A stretch of DNA of 64,000 nucleotides from Cirrosporium novae-zelandiae (taxonomy: Eukaryota), in contig JAPETS010000014.1 in NCBI GenBank assembly GCA_026023565.1, positions 1 to 64,000 of the forward strand, read 5' to 3'. A program made the position numbers and the translations under genes. The notes under the pieces are model-generated. The model had not been told where the DNA came from, did not search any database, and worked only from the letters and a program-made list of their open reading frames with translations. Position 1 is the stretch's first letter. Each line of letters begins with the position of its first letter. Below are positions 47,620 to 60,438 of the stretch, one piece after another.

Positions 47620-50600
47620 TTAAAAATGGGTTTGTTGCAGGGTCCACCCTGGGTTATTCTCTTGGAAATTAAACGGCCGTTTTTGCATATCTCGCCCACC
47701 AGTCATTGAATTTGGTGGGTATGCCCAAGCCTGGTCTGCCCTCTCATGGCCGCTGGGAGGAGCATATCTTTTGGGATCCCTATCAGTTTCTGCAAATTGG
47801 CCAGCTGATGACCTACCAGACCTTTTTTCAGGGACGGTGGCAGGCGCTTCCGTGATAGGCCACTTTTTACTATTCAAGGTGGGAACATCCTTCTCATCAA
47901 TTTCCACTAGCTCACCATTTACTCCAGATATAAAATGTTTCGCTGGCAGGACGCGGAGATCTACAACTGGCAGAACTCGGCGGTAAATATCCTGGGTATT
48001 GGTTTCGTGAGAAGTCCTTCTTTCCTGAGTATGGTGGATTTCTTTTTGAATCGTGACGCGTATAACAGCTACGAAATTATCAGTAGAGCTCTAGAGTCAA
48101 AGCATGTAATACCATACCGGGAGGGTCCATTTCTGTATCGATAATATCATTCAAGTCAATTACGTGCCTTAAAGCGGGCTTTGTCCTTTCTGAGAATCTC
48201 GCAGATTCGAGCTCGCGTTCACGTTGACGACGTAATCCATCGGAATTGTCCTTAGAAACATGTCCATTGGCTTCTGCTCTCGGTTCTTGCTTTCGTGTTG
48301 GACGAGATACCGCATTCCCTGAAATCGAAAATATTAGGTCGTCCAGAAGATCGGGTTTAGTGGTAGGCCCACCAGTAGAATTTTCGGGTGATGTCCATGT
48401 ATCCGAGAGGTACGGAGATACGTCCCGCTTCCAATCATTGGACAAATCAGTAGCAGTGGAAGTAGGCGTGTCACGATCCTCGTCATAGTTGGAACTAACC
48501 ATGCTCGCACGAATATATTGGCGACCTCTGGAATTGTGATCAGCGACCATCTCTTCATACGTCCGGCCCCCTCCGTTTCTGGTATTACGATCTGCTGGAG
48601 TCTCCTCGTGTGTGTCCGATGTCCCAGTATAGAGGTCTGATAAGTCCGTCGTCTTTATTGGTGGTAGGGTTTGGTATCCTTCAGTTGGTTTTTTTACGGC
48701 GACGCCTACATTTAATTGGTCGTCGCCAGGCAAATATGAAAACCTCAGATTATTCTCCGAAGCAGAGCCGATGCTCCTTACAGAGTCAGCAGCAACCATA
48801 AGATCAACATGATTAGAATTTTGGTTGCTTGCGGATGAGGGAATACTACCCTCGCTGTCGAAAGGCGGTTCAACGAGGCTATCGTGAAGGTCCTTGTGAT
48901 GCTTAAGCGGGATTGGTGGGACAGGTGGAATAGAACCACTCCCGCTAGAAACACTCCCAAGAGTAGATTCGGGCCTAGAAATGGTATTTTGCTGACCCCT
49001 CGGACTTGAACTTGGCTGCATGGGCCTCGAGATACTCTCAGAGTTTCGCCTCTTTCTATTAGCTGCACCGTCAGATGAATAACCCACTTTGGAGAGTAGA
49101 CTATGACGATTTGGAGCAGAACTGTGTGATGGTCCTGGTTGTGTTTGCACAGCCATTTGAGTAGTTTCGGGATCCGGTGAAACCCCAAGTCCTCCAGATA
49201 CCACATTTTCCGCAGCTGTGGAAGGCTCAGACCGTATATTGGGTTGAGAGACCTGCGATCGTGCTGGGGAAGGCGGAATTTCAGACCTATTCTTCTTTCT
49301 ATTAGCTGCACCTTCGGATGAATATCCCAGCTTCATTAATAGACTTTCCCGGTTCCGTGAGGAGGTGGTGGAATATGGTCTTGAATATACTGAAGCATCG
49401 TCGGTTGGTGTAATAGGAACGCTATCGGAGAGTTTAGAAGACCTCAAAGATGGATTTGGTGGTTCCAACAGTGAATTTCCAGTAGAGGGAAGATTAGACA
49501 TCGATGCTTGTTTCCGGTTTGCCGCACCCTGAGCCGAATATCCCAATTTTTGTAAAACACTTTCTCGATTGCGGGCAGAAGTTGAACTAAGTCTTCCCGA
49601 GCGTTCCGGGGCGTTATCAACTGGTGAGACGGGGACACTTTTAGAAGCATTGGAGGATTTGAAGGGAGGGTTTGGTGGCTTCAAAGGGGATAATGGCGGT
49701 TGAGATGAAGTTGAAAGGTTGGTCATTGAGTGCCTTTTCCGATTCGCTGCCCCCTCCGATGAGTATCCTAGTTTCTGCAGAAGACTTTCGCGGCCTCGGG
49801 CTGAGCTCTGGTTGGATTTTCTCCCTTGACTAGAAGCAATATCAACTGGCGATACCCGTGAATTTTCAGATATTGTAGGGGGTATGGACGTAGGGATTTG
49901 TTGATCTGGCGGTAATTGTACAGAAGGCGGACTAGTCGCCGATATCGACTTTCTATTTGCTGCACCAGCAGAGGAGTATCCCAATTTCATCATCAAACTA
50001 TCGCGATTGCTTTTCTGGGGCTTCCCCATCGGTACTGACAGAGAATCTGTTGGTGACACCGGAGTGTACTCGGAATATTCTGGAGGATTTGGCGGAATTT
50101 CCAGCCGCGGGGGCTGAGGTTGAGAAAACATGACCGGCAACTTCCCTTTGCGATCAACTGGTCTCTCGAATAAATTTCCTGGCTTTACCATCGGCCTGTC
50201 ATAGGTTTCGTGGGCGCTCAGGTGGGATCTTCCTGTTTGAAAGGACGTCGCGCCGCTTGTTGAAGGTTCATCATCATACACACCCTGTGTCTCATCCTCC
50301 GGGCTATCTTCAATAGTAGTAATATTATAAGAAACTGGTCCAGGCTCTAAAGGGGAGTGTGGTTGGCCGGGGGGTGGGTATCTCATTGGAAGGCTGTTCT
50401 GAGAGGAATGCTTCTTCCTGTTAGCAGCGCCTTCAGAAGAATATCCCAATTTTGACAATAGGCTTTGCCGGTTTGAAGATGGACTTGGGGGGAAATGTAC
50501 TCGTCGTTCCGATACAGGAGTCCTGGAGTCGGTGGAGGAGAGGATACTCGGAGGGGTTTCCGTATTCAGAGATAGGGATCGCTTTTGATCTGATTGTGAA

Positions 50601-50746
50601 TCTGTTCCCGAGGAACGACTATTAGATATTGGTAATGAGATATGCTGCAAGTCTGTAGGAGAACCGATTGTCTTTCTCGATCGTTTACGATTAGCGGCAT
50701 TCTCGGAGGAGTAGCCCAGATTCTGGAGAACATTGTGGATCCCCAT
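47620..50746 (-). CDS. Large Ser/Pro-rich hypothetical protein (~1020 aa) with seven internal ~20-aa repeats and a small C-terminal domain
   Basis: Exon 1 is 50746-48118, then an intron GTATGG..CTGAT..TAG, then exon 2 at 48068-47620, which joins in frame (PAVIRVTIQKEIHH..DIYRRVLPVVDLRVLPAKHF..ELVEI). Repeat consensus RxSLLxKLGYSSEGAANRK. Confidence 0.85.
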
Positions 50747-51321
50747 TAGGATATATAAAAGGATGTCAAAGAAAACAGTAGGGAATATTCAGAAGAAAAA
50801 ATAAAGATAAGTTTCGACCGAAAATGAAAGACAAAAAGTTGTCACGGGCTTTCAGAAAGGGTTTAGAGATGAATGTCCAGAAGCCGAATGGCAAGTCAAT
50901 ATGACATAAGGCATGATCTAGAGCAATAGAGAATTGTACAACGAAGAGGAAGACTGGTGTGGGGGGGGGGGGGGGGGGGGGGGATGGAAGATGGACAGGA
51001 GAAGATGGTACTAGACCTTCTAGTTGGATCTTCAGCTCTTGGAGGAGGGAGGTGGTTTCAGGCCCCAGGATTAGTGAATCTCTCTTTTTTTCTAGATTTG
51101 GATACATTTTCTAGCAACAATAGCACAAATTAAAAAAGAGGTTAATAATAGCTCTTGCGTTAGACACATAGCCACGGGTACAGTAAAGTAGAAAATACAG
51201 AGAATAGGATTGGATGGGGCTGAGAAGAAGCTTGAGCGAACGATTTGATAGGAAGGATTTGGAGGGGATCACTGGGGGGATCATTGGGGGGAACAATTGG
51301 GACGACTGGGATGGCTGGTAT

Positions 51322-51366
51322 GACTTGGGGGACTTGGGGGACTTGGGGGACTTGGGGGACTTGGGG
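51322..51366. repeat. (GACTTGGGG)5 minisatellite, G-quadruplex-prone
   Basis: Read directly from the sequence; lies upstream of the repeat-protein gene. Confidence 0.9.
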
Positions 51367-53919
51367 GGGGATTTCATGTGGGATTGATGACCGACAGACG
51401 AGTTAAATGAAGGCAAACGAGCCAAACCGAAGACCGAAGTCACCGAAAATGAAGTTTAAATATGGAATATAGCCAGTAGCCGCAATCCCCGTTCACCTTA
51501 ATTCATTCATTTCCAAGCAATTCATCCCATTTCTTGCATCTTTCGCATGGTCTTTTTCTTTGTTGCACCTGGGTACCCGCGTGGTACCCAGCTAGCTGGC
51601 CATTATAGGTTCAAATCACTTTGGGACCAACAACAACTTTCATCGAGAAACGAACCAAGACCGAAATTATTAAATCTTCCAACAACTTCTTAACTCCTTA
51701 ACTTCTTATCTTCTCAATCCTTTTCCATCTCCATCCTTTCCGATTCATCCATCGGCCCTAGATCCCTATTCTAACTTACGTCTTTCGTTTTTTGTGCTTC
51801 GTCGTCGCTATTTATCGCCTTATCTACCGAGGTGTATCCTCTTGGCCTCTTGAATACTTTCCGTTCCACGTTCGGGATGACGCAATGGGAACTCCAGACC
51901 TCGCTGATTATTGACACATTTCCAGTCTTAGCCATCTTAGAAGGATAAATTTGTCAGATATACTCAGCCGTTGAGAATGCCTACTGAGTTTAACATGAGT
52001 ACCAATGCCTATATTCATGAAAGACTTGGATGAATAATGACTTGACGTCGCGAAGCATCTCTGGATACCTTAAACCCCCACTGATGAACTCATATCACTT
52101 GATCCTCTCTGTCTAATAGCATTGCACTGCAGTAAGATGTAGTCAGGGGTGCATGTTTTCGGGGTTTTTTTTCATTAATGCGAGATCCGACAGGAGAAAT
52201 CTGCTGACCCTTTGCTAACGCAATACAGCAAAAGCAGCAATTCAGGACACTGCGAGATATAACAGTCATCATGATACTACCATTTATGGACGTGAGCGAT
52301 GCGCCGACTCCGATCATGAACCAATATCAAAATCTATTTTTAATGAACTGGGAGAAAGAAATAGCATGAATAAGTCAGATTACCAGAGCCGAAATCCACT
52401 TCTTAATCATCTCTTCCTTTTATCGAGAACACAACCAAGCTTCCTATATGTTTTTAATAGAGATGGATTACGAATGCTAGAAATTAATCCAATACCCAAG
52501 AGTGCTAATACCAATACCACTACTAAGACGCATAAACTCCCCCCACAGCTCTTAGCAGCATTGTTTCCTCCGACCTCCGGTGGTACCAGCTGGAACGCCA
52601 CTCGTTTCCTCACAAACTCGTCTGTCATACATAGCCAGCTCCATTCTAAGTCTTCATCCTCCCCACGACGCCCAGCGGACCATAATCGCTCAAGTGATTC
52701 AAATACCAAGAATAACCCGGATTTACGTCGCAGATTACATTTTCTGTCCTAATACTGATGCTGACGGGAATTGGAGATTTATGGATTAGATGATCTTGTT
52801 GGATACCATAAATACTAGGTTGGGTTCGATTTCTAAGAACGAGCGCCAGTGATTGGTCACACTGGTATCATCAGTGTTCTTTTAATCTGACTGTCGTTAT
52901 AAAAAGCTTTTGTGAGCTGGTGTTTTTTTTTTCATTATTCCAGATACTTATTTGTAATTCCATACATACATATATATATACTAATTATAAGATGAAATAG
53001 AAATGAAATCTACGATTTGACATGACTCGAGCAGCGGCCACATACCACAATACCGTACCGATAATAAACAATTTTTCATGATAATTCACGGTTTTATGGC
53101 CACATGCCGCTTAAAAACAATTTTTCATAAATGAATCCGAAAACTACATTTCGTTTCCTTTTACTACTACACTACAGTCCTAATAATCACTCCAAAATCC
53201 CAACTACTGTTTCCCTTCCTTCATCAGCTTGTTGCTACTGCTACTGCTACTATTCACGGCCCACGACCCACGACCCACAACTCCTTCCACCCCATCTCTC
53301 CATTCATCCATGGCCCATAATCATCAATAACTACCACAGCTGCCCCTCAAACACCCATGAAACACGAATTGGTTCACAAAAATCCGCCTTCAGCTGAGAA
53401 GAGCGAACAATACAGCTAAAGAGTAAATCGTAATCCGTTTCAGAAGGAACCTCCTGCTACTAGCTTTTTTAAGTATCCGACTGAATGAGGTTCCTTCCAT
53501 CTCAACCAACTTTCTCTTCTCCCGTTCTTTGATTTTGGCATATTGCGTGTATGTGGAGATGGGAAAATTGTTGCGCCAGCTTCTTTGAAGGTGCCAGTGG
53601 GTACGTAGATGTTATGGAGATATGTTGTGGCACCCTCGCCCCCTCCCGCCGCCCCCACCATTATTAGGTTAGATGGTTGTACAAGCTGCGCGTAACCGGT
53701 TGCCTAGTCGGATAGATGGATAGTGGGTATGTATCGTGTTGCACGGGCTGCTTATTCGTAACGTAAACGTGCCACGTCAAAACCCGACCGGGTACGAGCA
53801 TGTTAAGAGTAACAAAAAGTGACTCTTTGACGGCTCCTTAGCTCCTAGTTCCAACATCTCGTCACTGACAGAATACGATATCCTGGGAACCGGAGTTATC
53901 AATCAAAGTCTCGAGAGTC

Positions 53920-56352
53920 TCAAGACTCAAACCCGATAGGACCTTCTCCGACCATTTCACCCGAGAAATCCAACTTCATTAGTAATCTATCGATGCCGGC
54001 GCCCTTCCAGGGCACATACTGGTCCTCTTTCCCCGCGCCATCGAACCCCCGATCCTTCCCCAATCTATTCTCGTCGATTTCTCTTAGTCGATGTACGAGT
54101 TCTTTGATGCCCGAGTCGATTTCCTTGCCCGCTTCCACGAGTTCACTTTTGATCGTTTTTTCTTCTTTTTTGTAGTCGACAGAATCGAAGACACCGTCAT
54201 CTTCTTCGAGGTCGAGTCCCTGCTGTACAGATTGTAGACGTGTAAATAAGGCAATTAGGTGGTCGACGTGAGCTATGAATTTTCGGAGGATGAATGTCCA
54301 GGAGACGTCATCCATGAGGAGGTATTGGTAGAGAACTTGAAGGTAGAGGCGATGGGCGTCGGTTAAGGCCTCTGGGTCACGGTTGGATGCGAAGGGAGAG
54401 GCGAACTCGCTCTGAGCGAGATCGTTTCCGAATATGCTGTTGGAAATTGCAGGGGCTTCGCTTCGCGCTGTTGCGGGACGGGATGGCCCGTCACTGCGAG
54501 AAGTTGTGGGACGGGACGATGTTGTTGGTTGGGAGGGATTGGTTGATGACGGTAATGACGACGGGCCTAGGATCCACGCTCGGAAGTGTTTCCAGGAGCC
54601 TTCGAGTACTTCCCCTTGGAAGTAGCCTCCTAGCTCCGCCAGAAGAAATACAGCTGCACCAACCGTTGCCCATATGGGCCGCATGAAGAGTGTTCGGGCA
54701 TTTGCTCTTGCTCGTCGGGTTCGTAGTGCGTTTTGACCCCAGGTGGTGCTGCTGCGCGGAGGGCCCATTGGAGAAGGATATTCTCTTCTTAATGCAGTGT
54801 GCCTCCAGAGATCTGCGAGACGGATATGGGCTCTTCGGAGACCTAAGATGTAGGCATTAATTACTGAATACATCTCGAGGTCCGACTTTGCTAGGAAAAG
54901 ATCCAACGGTTGTGGTACTTTCATCCATAATGTTGTTGGTGTGGACAAGAGAAGGTCTCGGAAGCTGGTGGCAACTTTTTTTGATGCGGGATGTGTAAAA
55001 TCATGATCTGGAACCGAGGGCGCACTGGCTTTAGAAATAGATAAACTGATCAGTTCTCGAGCCATATCTAGTTCGTCATCGTTTGAATCATCCTGCATCT
55101 GCACAGAAGCAAGTTCAGTCCAAGTTCTCGCAAGGACATTAGTGACCTCGCCTTCTTTCACCATTAATCCTTCCAGAGCATGCTTCTTACTTAGTCGACC
55201 TAGCCCAGCGGTTGTTCTCCGATGCCGAGAATTAAGAGCAGCATCTGCTTGAGTAACTAGGGCTATAGCAAATTCTCCGCGACCAAGCAGAAAGAAATTA
55301 TGCAAAAGGCTTAAGATTTCGAGGATTCTGGATAGCGGAAGAAGCTCTTGCAAAGTATTTTGGGAAAGTGAAACTCGGATTGCTGTAACGGCTTTAGTGA
55401 AGCTGTTTGGTGATAATGGAAATGTCAAAGAAGTTAGATAAGATAAATGTATGGCAAGTAGACTTGTCTTAGGGGACCCTGGCTGCCGTGACTTCATTAC
55501 TTGTATCGAAGTACCTCGATTGCGAACAAGACGAATAGATTTTCCAATATATAAAATGGAGGACGCTGTCGATGGTGTAACAAACTTGGGTACCATCTTT
55601 TCCCTAATCACAAACTCTGATGACCTTGGAGAGTCCGTCCCCTGTTTTTCATTTGTTCCACATATGAAAAAGTCCTCCCTGCCAAAATCTGGGAGTTGGC
55701 CATAGAGTAACCAAGAAGAAAGTTGTTTCAACCAAGCTCTCTCTGCCTCCTTCGATAGTTCTTTTGCTGCTATTTCAAGAGCAGGATAGCCCGTTCTCAT
55801 CTCATCTCTCAAGTGATTGATTATAGCTGCACCGCTGCATGGATCGTCTGCCTCCGGTTCTTTTCCTTTAATCTTCGTCAACTTTTCCGGCGCCAATGGC
55901 ATCATGATTAGCGTCAGCTCCCATAACCAGCTTAACATTCGATCCCAGCCATCAAACTGGTCGACCATAGCTGACAAAGGAACAATTCCATAGCCTCCCA
56001 CCATAATTGGGCTCTTCTCAAGTATCATAGCCTCCACCTCGACAACCTTGCGCCTGTACCTTCTTAAGTGAACGGAGGCTATCGATGTTGAAACAGTACG
56101 GCATATTGTTGAGAAATGCGACGAGGAAATGATGGACGTATGAACACGAATATTCTCATGTAATTTGCCGAGTCGACCAAGTGAAGCTAGTAGAGTTTTC
56201 TCTGGCGGCGAAAGGAGGGAAGAGAGCTCCTTGAACGAGGGACTCTCATCGTCGCTCTCATCTTTAGTCTCATTTTCTAGCGAAACTCGATTGAAGAGAG
56301 GTGATGGGTGACCGGCTAAGGAGAGAAGGATTTCGTGAAGATATTTTGACAT
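53920..56352 (-). CDS. GCP4: Gamma-tubulin complex component, Spc97/Spc98 family (GCP4-like)
   Basis: LHEILLSLAGHPSPLF N-terminus, WLKQLSSWLLYG, ASSILYIGKS, FFLLGRGEFA and AHRLYL GRIP motifs, and a DRLLMKLDF end. A probable 5'-UTR intron at 56404-56353 (GTATTC..GCTAAC..TAG) abuts the ATG. Confidence 0.85.
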   Translation of the reverse strand: MSKYLHEILLSLAGHPSPLFNRVSLENETKDESDDESPSFKELSSLLSPPEKTLLASLGRLGKLHENIRVHTSIISSSHFSTICRTVSTSIASVHLRRYRRKVVEVEAMILEKSPIMVGGYGIVPLSAMVDQFDGWDRMLSWLWELTLIMMPLAPEKLTKIKGKEPEADDPCSGAAIINHLRDEMRTGYPALEIAAKELSKEAERAWLKQLSSWLLYGQLPDFGREDFFICGTNEKQGTDSPRSSEFVIREKMVPKFVTPSTASSILYIGKSIRLVRNRGTSIQVMKSRQPGSPKTSLLAIHLSYLTSLTFPLSPNSFTKAVTAIRVSLSQNTLQELLPLSRILEILSLLHNFFLLGRGEFAIALVTQADAALNSRHRRTTAGLGRLSKKHALEGLMVKEGEVTNVLARTWTELASVQMQDDSNDDELDMARELISLSISKASAPSVPDHDFTHPASKKVATSFRDLLLSTPTTLWMKVPQPLDLFLAKSDLEMYSVINAYILGLRRAHIRLADLWRHTALRREYPSPMGPPRSSTTWGQNALRTRRARANARTLFMRPIWATVGAAVFLLAELGGYFQGEVLEGSWKHFRAWILGPSSLPSSTNPSQPTTSSRPTTSRSDGPSRPATARSEAPAISNSIFGNDLAQSEFASPFASNRDPEALTDAHRLYLQVLYQYLLMDDVSWTFILRKFIAHVDHLIALFTRLQSVQQGLDLEEDDGVFDSVDYKKEEKTIKSELVEAGKEIDSGIKELVHRLREIDENRLGKDRGFDGAGKEDQYVPWKGAGIDRLLMKLDFSGEMVGEGPIGFES

Positions 56353-56611
56353 CTACAACTCCGATATCGAGTTAGCATCCATCATGCTAGCCGGAGAGGA
56401 ATACCTCGAAGAATCTCACACTCGTAGAATAAGTACCTACTTTAACCAAATTAACATCAGTGATGCTTACAGCGTGAATTCACAGTAAGCTAGGGTATGA
56501 AGAGTAGTATTTCTATATGCGCAAAGCGCATGAACAAAGATTTTGAGATTTTAGGGATGCGTCGTAAATTCTGCGATTGTACTAAGTATTATTGGTACTT
56601 AAGTAACAAAA

Positions 56612-56726
56612 ACGCGTTCTATCTCGACCATTTGCATCCAGGAGGCCGTCAAACAAAATGGGGTATAAAGTAGAGAGAAGTCGTCGATTTAAATCGACCT
56701 TCATGTATATCATGTCGAGGACGCGT
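56612..56726. promoter_or_regulatory. Two MCB-like ACGCGT sites and a 16-bp palindrome in the GCP4/UBA1 divergent promoter
   Basis: ACGCGT at 56612 and 56721; GTCGATTTAAATCGAC at 56683-56698. Confidence 0.4.
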
Positions 56727-57282
56727 CCCAACTATTTTGCCCATTAGATACTATCTGGGCAGATGCCTTGGGGAAGAATTCATCATTATTATTGTTCACA
56801 TTATTGAAGTGGGTGGGTGTTGGTGATCTGGTGTTGTTTGGATTCCCCAGGCATCAACTAGGCCTTGTCCCTTGGCCCGTGCCTGCCTGGATGGTGGGGT
56901 TGCCTTCGAGCTCCTTCTCAGTGTGCTCTCAACAGTCCGTTCAGTTTAATTATTTATCAGCAAAACTTCCACTTGTCATATAAAATTCTAGATTCACTCT
57001 CATCACTGGTCCCGTGGCACATCACTATTTTCAGGCCTGTGATCGATTAAGCCTTCAAGCAAACAGCTTAGTTTCTACCGACTTTCCCCGCCTCAAACTC
57101 GATAGTTATCTCCATAAATACCTACCTCGCACCTTTCCTTTCCAAACTCCAACAACATTCATTCCCACGCCAATATTCAGGAAGCAGAAACGCACCGTCA
57201 GGAAACCTCCAACAAAGCAGCAGCCAAGCTGGGTAAAAGGAAAGCTTCCATCGTGGAGCTTGGGCAACGGCCAAAAAAAGTC

Positions 57283-60200
57283 ATGGCCGACAACAAAATG
57301 CAGGTCGACAGTGTTGCTAAAGCTGCCGAGCAGCTAGAAAAGGGCGAAATCGATGAATCCCTATATAGCAGACAGTTATATGTGCTTGGTCATGAAGCTA
57401 TGAAGCGGATGTCATCCTCTAATGTGCTTATAGTTGGCCTTAAGGGATTAGGTGTGGAAATTGCCAAAAATATCGCTTTGGCCGGTGTAAAATCTTTGAC
57501 CCTCTTCGACCCTACACCTGCAGCTATCGCGGATCTATCCTCGCAGTTCTTTCTCCGTGAAAGCGATGTTGGCAAGCCTCGGGCCGAAGTAACACAGCCT
57601 CGTGTAGCTGAGTTGAACTCCTATACACCTATCGATATTCATCCTTCCAAGAGCCTAACGACCAACCTTTCGCAACTCAAACGCTACCAAGTTGTAGTTC
57701 TAACGGCCACTCCGCTCAAAGATCAACTAGCTATTTCAGAATATTGCCACGCAAATGGAATATACCTTGTTATTGCAGATACATTTGGTCTTTTTGGGAG
57801 CATCTTTACAGACTTTGGGGAAAAGTTCGCGGTGGGTGATACAACTGGCGAGAATCCCGTTAGTGGGATTGTGGCCGACATTGACACCGATGGTACCGTA
57901 TCCGCTCTTGATGAAACCCGTCATGGCCTTGAGGATGGAGACTATGTGACGTTCACTGAAGTTGAAGGGATGGAAGGTATAAACAGCTCAGCCCCTCGCA
58001 AGGTCACCGTAAAAGGACCATATACATTCTCTGTTGGCGATGTTTCAGGACTAGGGGAATACAAGCGTGGTGGGCTCTACATTCAGGTCAAGATGCCCAA
58101 ATTCATCGACTTCCAGCCTTTTAAGGAACAGTTGAAGAAACCAGAATTATTAATTTCAGACTATGCAAAATTCGATCGTCCACAACAACTCCACGTTGGG
58201 TTCCAAGCACTCCACAAATTTGCGGAGCATCATGAAGGGCAGTTCCCACGGCCATTCAACAATGAAGATGCATATGAGGTTTTGAAATATGCACAGGAGT
58301 TGTCAGAAGTCGGCGGCGAGAAGGTTGAGTTGGATGAGAAGTTACTTCGAGAGCTTAGTTATCAAGCTAGGGGAGATCTCAGTCCCATGGCAGCTTTCTT
58401 CGGCGGGCTGGCTGCTCAGGAAGTCCTCAAGTCTGTTTCCGGAAAATTCAACCCCATTATACAGTTCATGTACTTCGATTCTCTTGAATCGCTTCCTACT
58501 TCAGTACAGCGATCGGAGGAGCTATGTAAGCCCATGAATAGCCGGTACGATGGACAAATTGCAGTTTTTGGTCGAGAATATCAAGAGAAGATTGCTAATC
58601 TCAAAGAATTCCTTGTGGGTGCCGGTGCTATTGGGTGCGAAATGCTCAAGAACTGGGCGATGATTGGCCTTGGTACAGGTCCTAAGGGGCACATCACAGT
58701 AACCGATATGGATTCGATCGAGAGGAGCAATTTAAATCGTCAATTCCTCTTCAGACCGAAGGATGTTGGCTCTATGAAGAGTGACTGTGCTGCAGAAGCT
58801 GTTATTGTCATGAATCCAGCATTAAAAGGCAAAATCACAACGTACAAAGAACGAGTCGGTCCTGACGCGGAAAGGATTTTTAATGAGGATTTCTGGGAAT
58901 CTTTGGATGGTGTCACTAACGCTCTTGACAACGTTGATGCAAGAACATACATTGACCGAAGATGTGTTTTCTTCAACAAGCCATTACTGGAAAGTGGAAC
59001 TCTTGGTACTAAAGGCAATACACAGGTTATATTACCTCGGTTGACTGAATCATATTCGAGCTCTCAAGACCCTCCTGAGCAGTCTTTCCCCATGTGCACT
59101 TTGAGGAGCTTCCCTAACCGAATCGAACATACTATTGCTTGGGCCAGAGATTTATTCCAGGCATACTTTGTCGGGCCACCCGAGACTGTGAATCTCTTCC
59201 TTACTCAGCCTGATTATATTGACAAAACTCTAAAGAAAGCTGGAAACGAAAAGCAAACCTTGGAGCAGTTGCGTGACTTCCTAGTGACAGACAAGCCACT
59301 CAGCTTCGACGATTGTGTTATTTGGGCCAGGCAGCGGTTTGAAAAGCAATATAACAATGACATTCAACAGTTATTGTATAACTTCCCCAAAGATTCCAAG
59401 ACCTCTACTGGTACACCATTCTGGTCGGGCCCTAAACGTGCACCATCTCCTTTGAAGTTTGACCCTGAAAATCCTACCCACATAGGTTTCGTCATTTCTG
59501 CTGCGAACCTCCATGCGTTCAATTATGGTATCAAAAACCCGGGATATTCCAAAGAGCAGTATGAGAAGGTCATGAACGACATGATTATACCGGAATTCTC
59601 CCCGGATTCTTCTGTCAAGATCCAGGCAGACGATAGTGAACCAGATCCAAATGCTCAGCAAGCGTCATCATCATTTGACGATGGCGCCGAACTCTCGAAG
59701 ATGATCACCTCTCTTCCATCGCCAAAAGGCCTTGCTGGTTTCCGCTTAGAACCTGTAGAGTTTGAGAAGGATGATGACACCAACCACCACATCGATTTCA
59801 TTACCGCTGCCAGCAATCTGAGGGCTGAGAACTACAACATTCAGACAGCAGACAGGCACAAGACCAAGTTTATTGCTGGAAAGATTATCCCAGCTATTGC
59901 CACCACGACGGCTCTCGTAACAGGGCTAGTAATCTTGGAATTATACAAGGTTATTGATGGAAAGACGGATATTGAACAATACAAGAACGGATTCGTCAAT
60001 TTGGCTTTACCATTCTTTGGATTTAGTGAACCGATCGCTAGCCCGAAAGGTAAATATATGGGCAGGAATGGAGAGGTAACAATTGATAAGTTGTGGGACC
60101 GCTTTGAAATTGATGATATGACTTTGACGGATTTCCTCAAGTGGTTTGATGATAAGGGGCTCAGCATCACAATGATCAGCTCGGGGGTAAGCTTGTTGTA

Positions 60201-60438
60201 TGCAAGTTTCTATGCTCGAAGCAAGCTTGCGGACAGAATGCCTCTAAAGTAAGTCTTACACTAAGTTGGTTTTAGATCAAGTTGCTAACTAATAAATAGG
60301 ATGAGTGAGTTGGTGGAGAAAATAAGCCGTAAACGTATTCCAAAACACCAGAAAAACATTATCTATGAGGTGACGGCAGAGGATCAGACTGAAGAAGATG
60401 TTGAGATTCCTTTTGTCACAGTCAGAGTGAGGAAATAG
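57283..60438 (+). CDS. UBA1: Ubiquitin-activating enzyme E1
   Basis: Exons 57283-60248 and 60300-60438, with intron GTAAGT..CTAAC..TAG. Motifs [32 protein letters not shown], catalytic PMCTL and [12 protein letters not shown], plus the UFD domain. Confidence 0.98.

Noticed and set aside
49040..50746. Repeats as true G-patch domains acting on the nearby Prp22
   Set aside because: Only the LLxKLGY half matches and the GxGLG glycines are absent. Gene proximity in a eukaryote is not evidence of interaction.
50766..51443. ORFs of 113 and 110 aa upstream of the repeat protein (poly-Pro, PKS repeats)
   Set aside because: The Pro runs come from a poly-G tract and the 9-bp minisatellite. No splice path into the downstream gene was evident.
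52366..52850. Overlapping ORFs of 69-128 aa between the repeat-protein gene and GCP4
   Set aside because: No recognisable motif or consistent exon chain. It could be a decayed gene but cannot be supported.
53036..53130. Short direct duplication (GGCCACAT...AAACAATTTTTCAT twice)
   Set aside because: Only two degenerate units of about 60 bp, consistent with a local tandem duplication and with no further structure.
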